Assembly: GCA_028687275.1 (NCBI GenBank)
Contig: JAQUAK010000001.1
Span: forward strand, 356,213-420,212
Direction of reading: 5' to 3'
From: Patescibacteria group bacterium
Lineage (GTDB): Bacteria > Patescibacteriota > Patescibacteriia > Patescibacteriales > UBA12465
Length of the DNA: 64,000 nt
A model generated the notes under the pieces. The model was not told the DNA's origin and searched no databases. It saw only the letters and a list, made by a program, of their open reading frames with translations. This document shows, one piece after another, positions 1 through 7,198 of the stretch (positions are counted from its first letter, which is position 1; each line of letters opens with the position of its first letter). Both the position numbers and the translations under genes were made by a program.

Positions 1-1
1 C

Positions 2-859
2 AAGTTTGTAGCTACAAACAGTAATGTTAAACTTGATCAGCTTAAGTTTGAGGTAACTAAGACAGCCACAACCTCTCCTAATGCCACTGCTATTCAAACA
101 TTAAGTGTTAATGGCATGTCAGCTCCAGTTGTTAAGGTTGGCTCTGATTATGTAGTTGACTTAAATGGTTTGAATATCACCGTTCCAGCTGGAACTCAAG
201 GTTTGAATGTAGAGGTAAAAGCTACTTTCAACAATGTAACTTCAGCTAACCAAGGTGGTGCTCTTACTCATAATGATGTCAGAATTGTTTTGACTGATTA
301 TAAGTATATTGTTGGAAATACAACTACAACTGATTCTGGTTCCATTGCTTCAAACACTATGGTGTTAGTGGCTGGTGCTCCAGTTGTAACTGATGCAACC
401 CCTACCAATCTATCTAAGACTTTGGTAGCTGGTGGCAACAATGAAGTAATGCGCTTTAGTGTTACTGCTCAAAATAGTAATATTAATTTGAGCAATGTTG
501 CAGTAAATGCTTTCGCTAGTTATGGTTTAACTAACCCTGATGTTTACATTTATGATGTCGACAACATGACAACTGCGTTGAATGCTACTGGCACTACTTA
601 TGCTACTTCAACAGTAACTTCAATTCCATTCGATTATGAATACACTATTAATGCTGGTACAACTAAGACCTTCGTGGTTAAGGTTGATAATACTGGTACT
701 ACTGTAGTGGGTGATTATTTCAGAATGGATCTCACAAATGGTACTGATGCTTTAGCAACAGGTACCGCTTGGCAATGGAATGACGGTACAGATACTGCTT
801 ATATGAATGCTTATCTCGTTAAGACATTACCAATCACAGGTGTTACTTTCACTAAATAA
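2..859 (+). CDS. C-terminal part of a Thr/Asn/Val-rich secreted cell-surface (S-layer-like) protein; 5' end lies outside the window
   Basis: Frame 2 is open from base 2 (KFVATNSNVKLDQLKFEV...) with no stop before the ATG at 116 used by the ORF track. Beta-rich T/N/V/G composition, strong T-ending codon bias, strong terminator directly downstream. Confidence 0.6.
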   Translation, partial: KFVATNSNVKLDQLKFEVTKTATTSPNATAIQTLSVNGMSAPVVKVGSDYVVDLNGLNITVPAGTQGLNVEVKATFNNVTSANQGGALTHNDVRIVLTDYKYIVGNTTTTDSGSIASNTMVLVAGAPVVTDATPTNLSKTLVAGGNNEVMRFSVTAQNSNINLSNVAVNAFASYGLTNPDVYIYDVDNMTTALNATGTTYATSTVTSIPFDYEYTINAGTTKTFVVKVDNTGTTVVGDYFRMDLTNGTDALATGTAWQWNDGTDTAYMNAYLVKTLPITGVTFTK

Positions 860-893
860 GCTTAACTCTTAAGTTTAAACAGTGAATGCAAAA

Positions 894-925
894 AAGAGCC
901 CCGTATTTACGGGGCTCTTTTGTAT
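894..925 (+). terminator. Rho-independent terminator
   Basis: AGAGCCCCG / CGGGGCTCT stem with TATTTA loop, followed by TTTTGTATT. Confidence 0.8.
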
Positions 926-957
926 TATCCGGATATGTAGATTATAAATAGTTTTCT

Positions 958-986
958 TTGTTAGTTTGTTCTATATTTGCTATAAT
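958..986 (+). promoter_or_regulatory. Sigma70-type promoter for the 835-aa surface protein gene
   Basis: TTGTTA (958-963), 17-nt spacer, TATAAT (981-986). Confidence 0.45.
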
Positions 987-1035
987 TTAAAGTAATAAAA
1001 GCTTTAAACTTTATTTGAAAAATAATATTAAATTT

Positions 1036-3522
1036 ATGAGGAAAACTTTTCTATTGTCTCTAGCTATTGCCGCTAGTGCTGTCTTTATCTTTTTTAATCC
1101 GGTTCAAGCCGCTGTTCCTACTTTATCTTTATCTAGTTTAGATAGCGATAACGTGCAAGTGACGGTTAATGGTGATGCTGATGCTCCTATCTTTTTGTTT
1201 TTTTATAAAACTGATGGAACTACCCTTATGAGTCGGATTGGCACTACTAATGCTAGTGGTTATTACTCTGGTTCAATTAGCAGCTCTAACCTTGCTATTA
1301 GCCCTGAAAGTATTGTTCATGTCATAGTTAATAATCAGAACTCAGCTCAAAAGACTTGGCCAATTGGTAATAGCAATGGTACGAGTGGTGGGGCCCTTTC
1401 TTTGAGCCAGACTGGCGTAGTTATGAAAGTCGCTAATAGCTTAAATCTTAGTGTCTATAACGCTGGCACGCAGTCTTTATATTTATTAAATAATTCTAAT
1501 CCTCAGATTGTTAATGTAAATATTAATAGTAATAGTCAAGTTAATTTAGTGGCTAATACCTATGGCCAAACTGTCGTGACTGTTTGTGCTTTAGGTACAA
1601 CTTCTAATTGTGCCAGTGTTTATGTAACTGTTCAAAATGCTAGCGCTCAGGCTCTAACTTTTAGTCAGAGCACTTTAACTATTGCATATGGACAGAGCAG
1701 TACGGTTTCTATTCTTAATGGCTCTGGCGCTTATACCATTGTTAATAATTCTAATCCTAGTGTTATTCAATCTTCTTTAAGTGCTAGTACTATTACTTTA
1801 ACGGCTAATAATAATGCTGGTAGCGCCTCTTTAACTGTTTGTTCCGCTGATATGAGCGCTTGTGGAATAATTAATGCTAGTGCTGGCACTAGTAATTCAG
1901 CTTCTTTAAGTTTTAGTCAGAGCAGCCCCACAGTCTATATTGGACAATCACAAAATATTACTATTTCTGGTGGTAGTAATTATAATATTTCTTCAAATTC
2001 AAATTCTAATATTTTAAATGCTAGTATTAGCGGCAGTAGTTTAGTTTTAAACGGCAATCAGGCGGGGTCATCAACTATTACCGTCTGTGCTTCTAATGGT
2101 AATTGCGCTTCTTTAACGGCTACAGTGAGCCTGGCTACGGCTGGTGGAGCTTTAACTTTAAGCCAGACTAGCTTATGGTTGCAAATTGGTCAGGCAGTTA
2201 GTGTAGTTATATCTGGTGGCTCCACTCCTTATAGTTTAGGGGTAAATAGTGGTATCTTTTCTTCTAGTTTAAATAATAATATCTTGACTTTGACTGGTGT
2301 TGCTGCTGGCTCGGGCACACTTGATGTTTGTTCTGCTGGTGGAGCTTGTGTAAGCTTATCGGTTTTAGTTAATGGAGTAGCCACTAATACTCAATTGACT
2401 TTTAGTAATAATAACTTATCTTTAACTCCAGCTGCGCAAACATCAGTTTCCTTATTCGGCAATGGTGGTTATTATGTTTCTAATAGTACTAATCAAAATG
2501 TGGCTACGGTTACTGTGACTGATAGTACGGCTGCCGTTAAGGCAATTAGCGCTGGTAGTGCTAATGCCACTATTTGTCAGACTGGTGGCCAGTGTTCAGT
2601 TTTGTATATCTCTGTGGTTTCTAATACTACTAATAATCCACCAGTATTTAGCCAAAATAATCCAGAAATAATGTCTAGTCAGATTTTAAATATTACTTTA
2701 TCTGGCAGTGACAATAATACTTACTTTATTGCTTCAAATTCTAATCCAACTATTGTTAACGCTTCTATTAGTGCTGCTACTTTATCTTTACAGGGCTTAA
2801 CTACTGGATCTTCGGTTCTATCTATTTGCTCGGCTACTAATAATTGTAGCTCCTTGGCGGTTAAAGTGGTCAACGCTACAACTACACCTACTACACCTAC
2901 TACACCCGTAACTACTCCAAGCAACGCTGATAATACTTTAGAGCTAATTGCCTTAGAATCAGGTTATGTGGCTGGAGGCAATGCTGATATTATCGCTGGT
3001 AATGCCAAAATTACTCGCGATACTACTGCTGAAACCAAATCAGAGAATACTTACTTGGCCCCACTTTTAAAGAATTTTAGTTTATCCACTAAATCTTCTA
3101 ATACAATTAACTACTTTATTTGGTATGGAACTCCAGCTACTAAAAAACTTGGAGCAGGTGAGCGTGCTGGTGTTGTCAGCTCTTATCTACAAGCCTATGG
3201 CAAATTACCACAGACAGTGGCTGAGTGGTCTGATGTCCTAAAGATTGCTCAGGGTCGCTGGCCGAGTGAATTAAATGCTAAGGCGGAAACTCAGGCTCAG
3301 TTAGAGTTTAAGAAGGTGTATAATCGTTCAGCTGTTATGAGCAATAATAAGGATGCTAATGCTATTACCATTATTGCCTATGGCTTACGTCCAACTAATC
3401 GTAATACTAATAGTGAGAAAGCAGCGATTATTAGCTTCCGTTACGTTTATGCTCATGATCCTGTTAATCCCTTAGCCTGGAATATCGTCCGCGCCATTGC
3501 CTACAGCGGCACTTCAAGATAG
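1036..3522 (+). CDS. Large secreted protein with six tandem Ig-like modules, PT linker and conserved C-terminal domain
   Basis: ATG 1036 gives signal peptide MRKTFLLSLAIAASAVFIFFNPVQA (the ORF track uses an upstream TTG at 1015). Six ~85-aa repeats each start with xLxFSQ and end in a Cys pair (VCALGTTSNC, VCSADMSAC, VCASNGNC, VCSAGGAC, ICQTGGQC, ICSATNNC). TTPTTPTTPVTTPS linker. Confidence 0.8.
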   Translation: MRKTFLLSLAIAASAVFIFFNPVQAAVPTLSLSSLDSDNVQVTVNGDADAPIFLFFYKTDGTTLMSRIGTTNASGYYSGSISSSNLAISPESIVHVIVNNQNSAQKTWPIGNSNGTSGGALSLSQTGVVMKVANSLNLSVYNAGTQSLYLLNNSNPQIVNVNINSNSQVNLVANTYGQTVVTVCALGTTSNCASVYVTVQNASAQALTFSQSTLTIAYGQSSTVSILNGSGAYTIVNNSNPSVIQSSLSASTITLTANNNAGSASLTVCSADMSACGIINASAGTSNSASLSFSQSSPTVYIGQSQNITISGGSNYNISSNSNSNILNASISGSSLVLNGNQAGSSTITVCASNGNCASLTATVSLATAGGALTLSQTSLWLQIGQAVSVVISGGSTPYSLGVNSGIFSSSLNNNILTLTGVAAGSGTLDVCSAGGACVSLSVLVNGVATNTQLTFSNNNLSLTPAAQTSVSLFGNGGYYVSNSTNQNVATVTVTDSTAAVKAISAGSANATICQTGGQCSVLYISVVSNTTNNPPVFSQNNPEIMSSQILNITLSGSDNNTYFIASNSNPTIVNASISAATLSLQGLTTGSSVLSICSATNNCSSLAVKVVNATTTPTTPTTPVTTPSNADNTLELIALESGYVAGGNADIIAGNAKITRDTTAETKSENTYLAPLLKNFSLSTKSSNTINYFIWYGTPATKKLGAGERAGVVSSYLQAYGKLPQTVAEWSDVLKIAQGRWPSELNAKAETQAQLEFKKVYNRSAVMSNNKDANAITIIAYGLRPTNRNTNSEKAAIISFRYVYAHDPVNPLAWNIVRAIAYSGTSR

Positions 3523-3549
3523 TTCAATTTCTCTATAAGTTTATTCAAT

Positions 3550-3581
3550 AAAACCCATCGCGTTTTACGCGATGGGTTTTA
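3550..3581 (+). terminator. Rho-independent terminator
   Basis: AAAACCCATCGCG / CGCGATGGGTTTT perfect stem with TTTTA loop. Confidence 0.85.
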
Positions 3582-3627
3582 GGTATTTTTTAAGCTGTCT
3601 TCATAGGGATTGTGTTAAAGGATGAGT

Positions 3628-3734
3628 AAATAAAAACACCCTTATGTTTAAATAAGAGTGTTTTTATTGTGCCTGCCTTTCGGCTTATTGTCCCTTATGG
3701 GATTTGGCCGAACGGAGCTTTCACTCACAAGCAC
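3628..3734 (-). ncRNA. Candidate ~107-nt small RNA (unknown family)
   Basis: A minus-strand promoter (3741-3769) sits just upstream. The transcript would form a 66-nt imperfect hairpin (3669-3734) and then a 13-bp terminator hairpin (3632-3665) plus U-run. The one non-Watson-Crick pair (3640/3657) is G.U on the minus strand but C.A on the plus strand. Confidence 0.3.
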
Positions 3735-3740
3735 ATTTTT

Positions 3741-3769
3741 AATATAGCAATTTTTATAAGAGATTTCAA
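3741..3769 (-). promoter_or_regulatory. Orphan sigma70-type promoter on the minus strand
   Basis: Read on the minus strand: TTGAAA (3769-3764), 17 nt, TATATT (3746-3741), 6 nt, then G at 3734. Confidence 0.4.
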
Positions 3770-3878
3770 GTATTGATTTTGAAGCTAATTGTGACGAGTG
3801 AGGGGCGCGTTAAACTGGTTTCATCGACTTCATAACTAATTTAAGCTGTATTCATCGGGGATGTGCTAGCTTTTATTA

Positions 3879-4406
3879 ATGAATAGAATCAGCATTTATA
3901 TTGACGGAAACAATCTTTATCGCTCTGCTAAGGAGCTAAGTTTTAAGATCGATTATAAAAAATTTAGAAGATGGATTGAACAGAAATACAAGCCAAATTT
4001 TGTATATTTATTTATAGGCTTTCTTCCTGCAAGAATAAAATTTTATAAATATCTGCAAAGTTGCGGATATACTTTAGTTTTTAAAGAAACTATTTCTGTT
4101 GGAGAAAAAGTAAAAGGAAATTGTGACGCTGAACTCATTTTAAAAAATGTAACAGATTTTTATAATAAATCATTTGATTCTTGTATATTAATTACTGGAG
4201 ATGGCGATTTTTCTTGTTTAGTGGTTTTTTTAAGAGATAATAACTCTATAAATTGTGTTATTTCTCCAGAAAAAAATAAATGCTCATTTTTATTGAGGAA
4301 CAAAAATGTAAAGATGACTTTTTTAAATGAACACTATTATAAATTTTCTACATTAATAAAAAAAGCCCCCAATACGGACGCATCCGCACAAGGGTCTCTT
4401 TCATAG
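3879..4406 (+). CDS. NYN-domain (LabA/DUF88-like) putative ribonuclease
   Basis: N-terminal ISIYIDGNNLY, central CDAELI, and ITGDGDF acidic motifs typical of the NYN/LabA fold. Very AT-rich (15/60 G+C in line 4201). Confidence 0.8.
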   Translation: MNRISIYIDGNNLYRSAKELSFKIDYKKFRRWIEQKYKPNFVYLFIGFLPARIKFYKYLQSCGYTLVFKETISVGEKVKGNCDAELILKNVTDFYNKSFDSCILITGDGDFSCLVVFLRDNNSINCVISPEKNKCSFLLRNKNVKMTFLNEHYYKFSTLIKKAPNTDASAQGSLS

Positions 4407-4462
4407 TGATATTATTATTATACTGCTCAAAATAAATATGTCAATATATTCAGGACGAGATT

Positions 4463-4477
4463 GTGACAGTATGTCAC
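4463..4477. promoter_or_regulatory. Perfect 15-bp palindrome GTGACAGTATGTCAC (candidate operator or RNA hairpin)
   Basis: 6-bp arms GTGACA/TGTCAC with a 3-nt spacer. The arms are identical to those of the second copy at 4516. Confidence 0.5.
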
Positions 4478-4515
4478 GGAGTGAGTCTTATGATTAAGGA
4501 GTATCAAATGAAACC

Positions 4516-4530
4516 GTGACAAAATGTCAC
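4516..4530. promoter_or_regulatory. Perfect 15-bp palindrome GTGACAAAATGTCAC (second copy)
   Basis: Same arms as 4463-4477. Centre-to-centre distance is 53 bp. Confidence 0.5.
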
Positions 4531-4637
4531 GCTTTGAAAATGTTAAGCTTTGATGGCAAGACACGCCTTATATGAGCCACTGATTTGAAAGCAATTCCGT
4601 TTTATTTGGTCCATTTTACTTATCCACAGGGAAGGGC

Positions 4638-4666
4638 TTGTGTTTCGGTTTAGTTTCGGGTATAAT
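4638..4666 (+). promoter_or_regulatory. lexA promoter with an internal direct repeat
   Basis: TTGTGT (4638-4643), 17 nt, TATAAT (4661-4666). The spacer holds GTTTCGG (4642-4648) and GTTTCGG (4653-4659), 11 bp apart. Confidence 0.5.
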
Positions 4667-4693
4667 AATATTATCAATAAATAAACAATAAAT

Positions 4694-5305
4694 ATGGCTA
4701 TATTAACGAAGAAGCAGAAAGAGGTATTTGATTTTATCTCTGAATACGAAGCCGATAAAGGTTATTCACCCTCACTCAATGAAATTAAAGAAGCAGTTGG
4801 CAGCTCCGCTATTTCCACCGTTCATGAGCATGTCAGTAATCTAATTCGGAAAGGTGTTTTAAAGCGCGTGAAGGGGGCAGCACGGAGTTTAGAACTGGCG
4901 AAGGTAAAGTTCGGCGCCACCATGTCTATACCCTTAGTCGGAGCAATCGCTTGCGGTGAACCGATTGAAGCGATTGAAGAAACGGATGATGTCGTTCAAA
5001 TCGCTCAGGATGATCGCTTTAGTCCTAACGACTTATATGCTCTAAGAGCGAAAGGGAATTCAATGATTAGCGACGGAATATTTAGCGGTGATTTCCTGAT
5101 TATTAAAAAACAGACTTGGGCCAATAATGGTGATACAGTGGTGGCAATTATTGATGACAATGAAGCAACTCTAAAAAGATTTTATAAAGAGAAAGATAAA
5201 ATTAGACTGCAACCGGCTAATACTGACTATGAAGCAATTTACCGTCGGGAGGTAGCCGTGAGAGGCATTGTCGTCAAAGTTATTCGCGATTTAGTAAACG
5301 CTTAA
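4694..5305 (+). CDS. lexA: LexA repressor (SOS regulator, S24 autopeptidase)
   Basis: Winged-helix N-terminus (LTKKQKEVFDFI...GYSPSLNEI), cleavage-region IACGEP, catalytic GNSM Ser and TLKRF Lys. Confidence 0.93.
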   Translation: MAILTKKQKEVFDFISEYEADKGYSPSLNEIKEAVGSSAISTVHEHVSNLIRKGVLKRVKGAARSLELAKVKFGATMSIPLVGAIACGEPIEAIEETDDVVQIAQDDRFSPNDLYALRAKGNSMISDGIFSGDFLIIKKQTWANNGDTVVAIIDDNEATLKRFYKEKDKIRLQPANTDYEAIYRREVAVRGIVVKVIRDLVNA

Positions 5306-5334
5306 TTAATCTACTTATTAATAATTTTAAATAT

Positions 5335-5472
5335 ATGATGAGTTCAATCTTCTCTACTCAAAAAAAGCTGGTCTATAGAATCAGCAAAGAGTCACCTCGC
5401 GATCAAAAAGTGTTTCGCGCCAAGTACAACCGCTTAATGCAATCTCGCCCCATCTTCATGTGGGCAAGATAA
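5335..5472 (+). CDS. 45-aa basic micro-protein, probably co-transcribed with lexA
   Basis: ATG at 5335, 29 nt after the lexA stop with no intervening terminator. MMSSIFSTQKKLVYRISKESPRDQKVFRAKYNRLMQSRPIFMWAR, TAA stop. Higher GC than its flanks and a strong terminator follows. Below the ORF-track size cut-off. Confidence 0.35.
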   Translation: MMSSIFSTQKKLVYRISKESPRDQKVFRAKYNRLMQSRPIFMWAR

Positions 5473-5492
5473 TAGTTATTAAGACTTATTAA

Positions 5493-5522
5493 AAAAATCC
5501 GCTAAATAGGCGGGTTTTTTGT
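5493..5522 (+). terminator. Rho-independent terminator of the lexA unit
   Basis: AAAATCCGC / GCGGGTTTT stem, TAAATAG loop, T6 tail. Confidence 0.8.
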
Positions 5523-5560
5523 TATCTTGAATTTAAACAGTCTGCTATGATTTTTTTAGC

Positions 5561-5589
5561 TTGACATACTAATTTAGAAGAGTTAATAT
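5561..5589 (+). promoter_or_regulatory. Sigma70-type promoter for the XRE cassette
   Basis: TTGACA (5561-5566), 17 nt, TAATAT (5584-5589). Confidence 0.4.
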
Positions 5590-5669
5590 TATCACATAAT
5601 TGTTATATTATTTACTCTCTTTATTTAAATATATGAGAGAAATTAAAGAAATATATAAAAAATAAATAT

Positions 5670-6050
5670 ATGAGCTTAAATAAAATAAAAGAAAAATTAT
5701 TACAAAATAAAAATTTCAATCAGGAATTTTATAGTCAAGGGGATCTTACCGCTATTGTAGCCGAAATGGTTCAGGAAGCAAGATTGTCTCATGGTTTAAC
5801 ACAAGCGGAATTAGCCAAAAAAATAAATACCAAGCAATCCGCAATCTCTCGTCTAGAAAGTGGTAGTTATTCTCCTAATTTATCTTTTCTTAAAAAAATT
5901 GCCCAGGCCTTGGGTTTAAAATTATTAGCACCACGATTCATTTCTTCATCTAATTTGGTATATGCTGGAGGTTTTTCCTGGCAATTGGGCAACAGTGCGT
6001 GGAAAACAGCGAAGCAAACAGACATTATCATTAATTCAAAAATTAAATAA
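5670..6050 (+). CDS. XRE-family helix-turn-helix transcriptional regulator
   Basis: HGLTQAELAKKINTKQSAISRLESGSYSPNLSFLKKIAQALG is a canonical HTH_3/XRE motif. Confidence 0.85.
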   Translation: MSLNKIKEKLLQNKNFNQEFYSQGDLTAIVAEMVQEARLSHGLTQAELAKKINTKQSAISRLESGSYSPNLSFLKKIAQALGLKLLAPRFISSSNLVYAGGFSWQLGNSAWKTAKQTDIIINSKIK

Positions 6051-6058
6051 TAAATCAT

Positions 6059-6490
6059 ATGCAACATCATTGGTCAGTCTTATGTCAAAGTTCAGTTATA
6101 GATATTGATAGCAATTTGCTTAGTCTCTATGATTGTTTAGAAGAGTTAAATGTTAATACTCAAAACCAGCCCGGTGTGGCTATTAACTTGCCCATTAATT
6201 TTGAGGTGGTTAGCTTTTTAAGTGATAATCAGACTAAGAGTAATAGGAAGTTGACTATAAAAGCACAGCTTTTAGATCCAAAAGGAAAGCAAATTAATGA
6301 ATTCGGGGGACAATTATTTTTTAAGGAGGGCTCTAAGCGTTTGCGTAGTCGCTTAAAGATTCAGGGTCTAACTTTAAGTGAGTCTGGCGTCTACATCATG
6401 CGCTTACATTTTGAAGGCATTGATGGTCTTGATTTTAAGGCCGATTGTGAACTACCTTTAGAAATTAATATTAGTTATAAAATTTTGTAG
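6059..6490 (+). CDS. Hypothetical 143-aa protein, predicted beta-rich, coupled to the XRE gene
   Basis: ATG 8 nt after the XRE stop. I recognise no motif (MQHHWSVLCQSSVIDIDSNLLSLYDCLEEL...). Confidence 0.6.
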   Translation: MQHHWSVLCQSSVIDIDSNLLSLYDCLEELNVNTQNQPGVAINLPINFEVVSFLSDNQTKSNRKLTIKAQLLDPKGKQINEFGGQLFFKEGSKRLRSRLKIQGLTLSESGVYIMRLHFEGIDGLDFKADCELPLEINISYKIL

Positions 6491-6517
6491 TTTTATAAGG
6501 TATTGATTGATATTAAA

Positions 6518-6548
6518 AAAAGCCATCCCTAAGAGGTTGGCTTTTTGA
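6518..6548. terminator. Bidirectional terminator between convergent genes
   Basis: AAAAAAAGCCA...TGGCTTTTT with inner CCT/AGG pairing. Confidence 0.6.
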
Positions 6549-6565
6549 GTGATAGTTTTTCTTAT

Positions 6566-7003
6566 TTAAGTAAATGCCACTCCTTCTTCATGTCTTTGTC
6601 TGAAGGTTTTATAATTTGGTTCACCTAGCAGGCGAATAGAAAACAGCAGGCTGTAGCAGAAAAGTATGGACCCTTCTAGCGTTAAGAGATAGTGCCAGGT
6701 GTCGGGAATGATGCTTATAAATATCCAGTCTACAGCTGATAGCAGAGTAAACATAAATATTATGCCGATCATAATAATGTGACCAACTAAGTGCCTTATT
6801 TTGACACTGCCAGTTATTTTCAGGTCTATTTTCGATATTGTCAGTAAAGTATAAACAATACTGAAATATAGACTGAAAGGGAGGGAGCCTTTAATTATCG
6901 GCTCTAAAACAAAACTAGTAGCAAATAACATAGCGCAGGTTAACAAATCAATTAAGGCGCCAATAAGCTTTTGCTTGTTTGAAACTTTTGTTTTTTCTTT
7001 CAT
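6566..7003 (-). CDS. Hypothetical integral membrane protein (~4 TM)
   Basis: 145 aa with four hydrophobic segments. No recognisable family. Confidence 0.6.
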   Translation of the reverse strand: MKEKTKVSNKQKLIGALIDLLTCAMLFATSFVLEPIIKGSLPFSLYFSIVYTLLTISKIDLKITGSVKIRHLVGHIIMIGIIFMFTLLSAVDWIFISIIPDTWHYLLTLEGSILFCYSLLFSIRLLGEPNYKTFRQRHEEGVAFT

Positions 7004-7198
7004 TTTTTCGTCTTTTTCGTTAATACTATATTTGTTTGATTGTTATTGTCAAAGTGCTTGATTATTCATATTCCATCACAAATAATTGATTAAGTCAAGT
7101 TACGAGATAAATTAGCCATAGTTTTAATTACTTATATGTGCTATAATGTAATTTAGCCTTAATTTTAGGGCTAATTATAATAATTAATCAAAAATTGT

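Noticed and set aside
1015-1035. Upstream TTG/GTG starts used by the ORF track (1015, 19315, 22734, 23504, 29343, 37758, 38785, 45047, 48123, 61421)
   Set aside because: In each case a downstream ATG gives the canonical N-terminus (signal peptide, Walker A spacing, RF1/LDH/LysRS N-termini). Alternatively the upstream codon falls inside a promoter or terminator hairpin or the preceding gene.
3817-4515. 8-bp inverted match GGTTTCAT (3817-3824) / ATGAAACC (4508-4515) flanking the NYN gene as possible terminal inverted repeats
   Set aside because: An 8-mer match between two ~300-bp regions is expected by chance. There is no extended pairing and no transposase.
4620-4628. Perfect DnaA-box consensus TTATCCACA upstream of lexA (possible oriC, since parAB is in the window)
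   Set aside because: It is a single copy. A given 9-mer is expected about 0.5 times by chance on both strands of 64 kb. There is no cluster, no AT-rich unwinding element pattern, and no dnaA or dnaN nearby.
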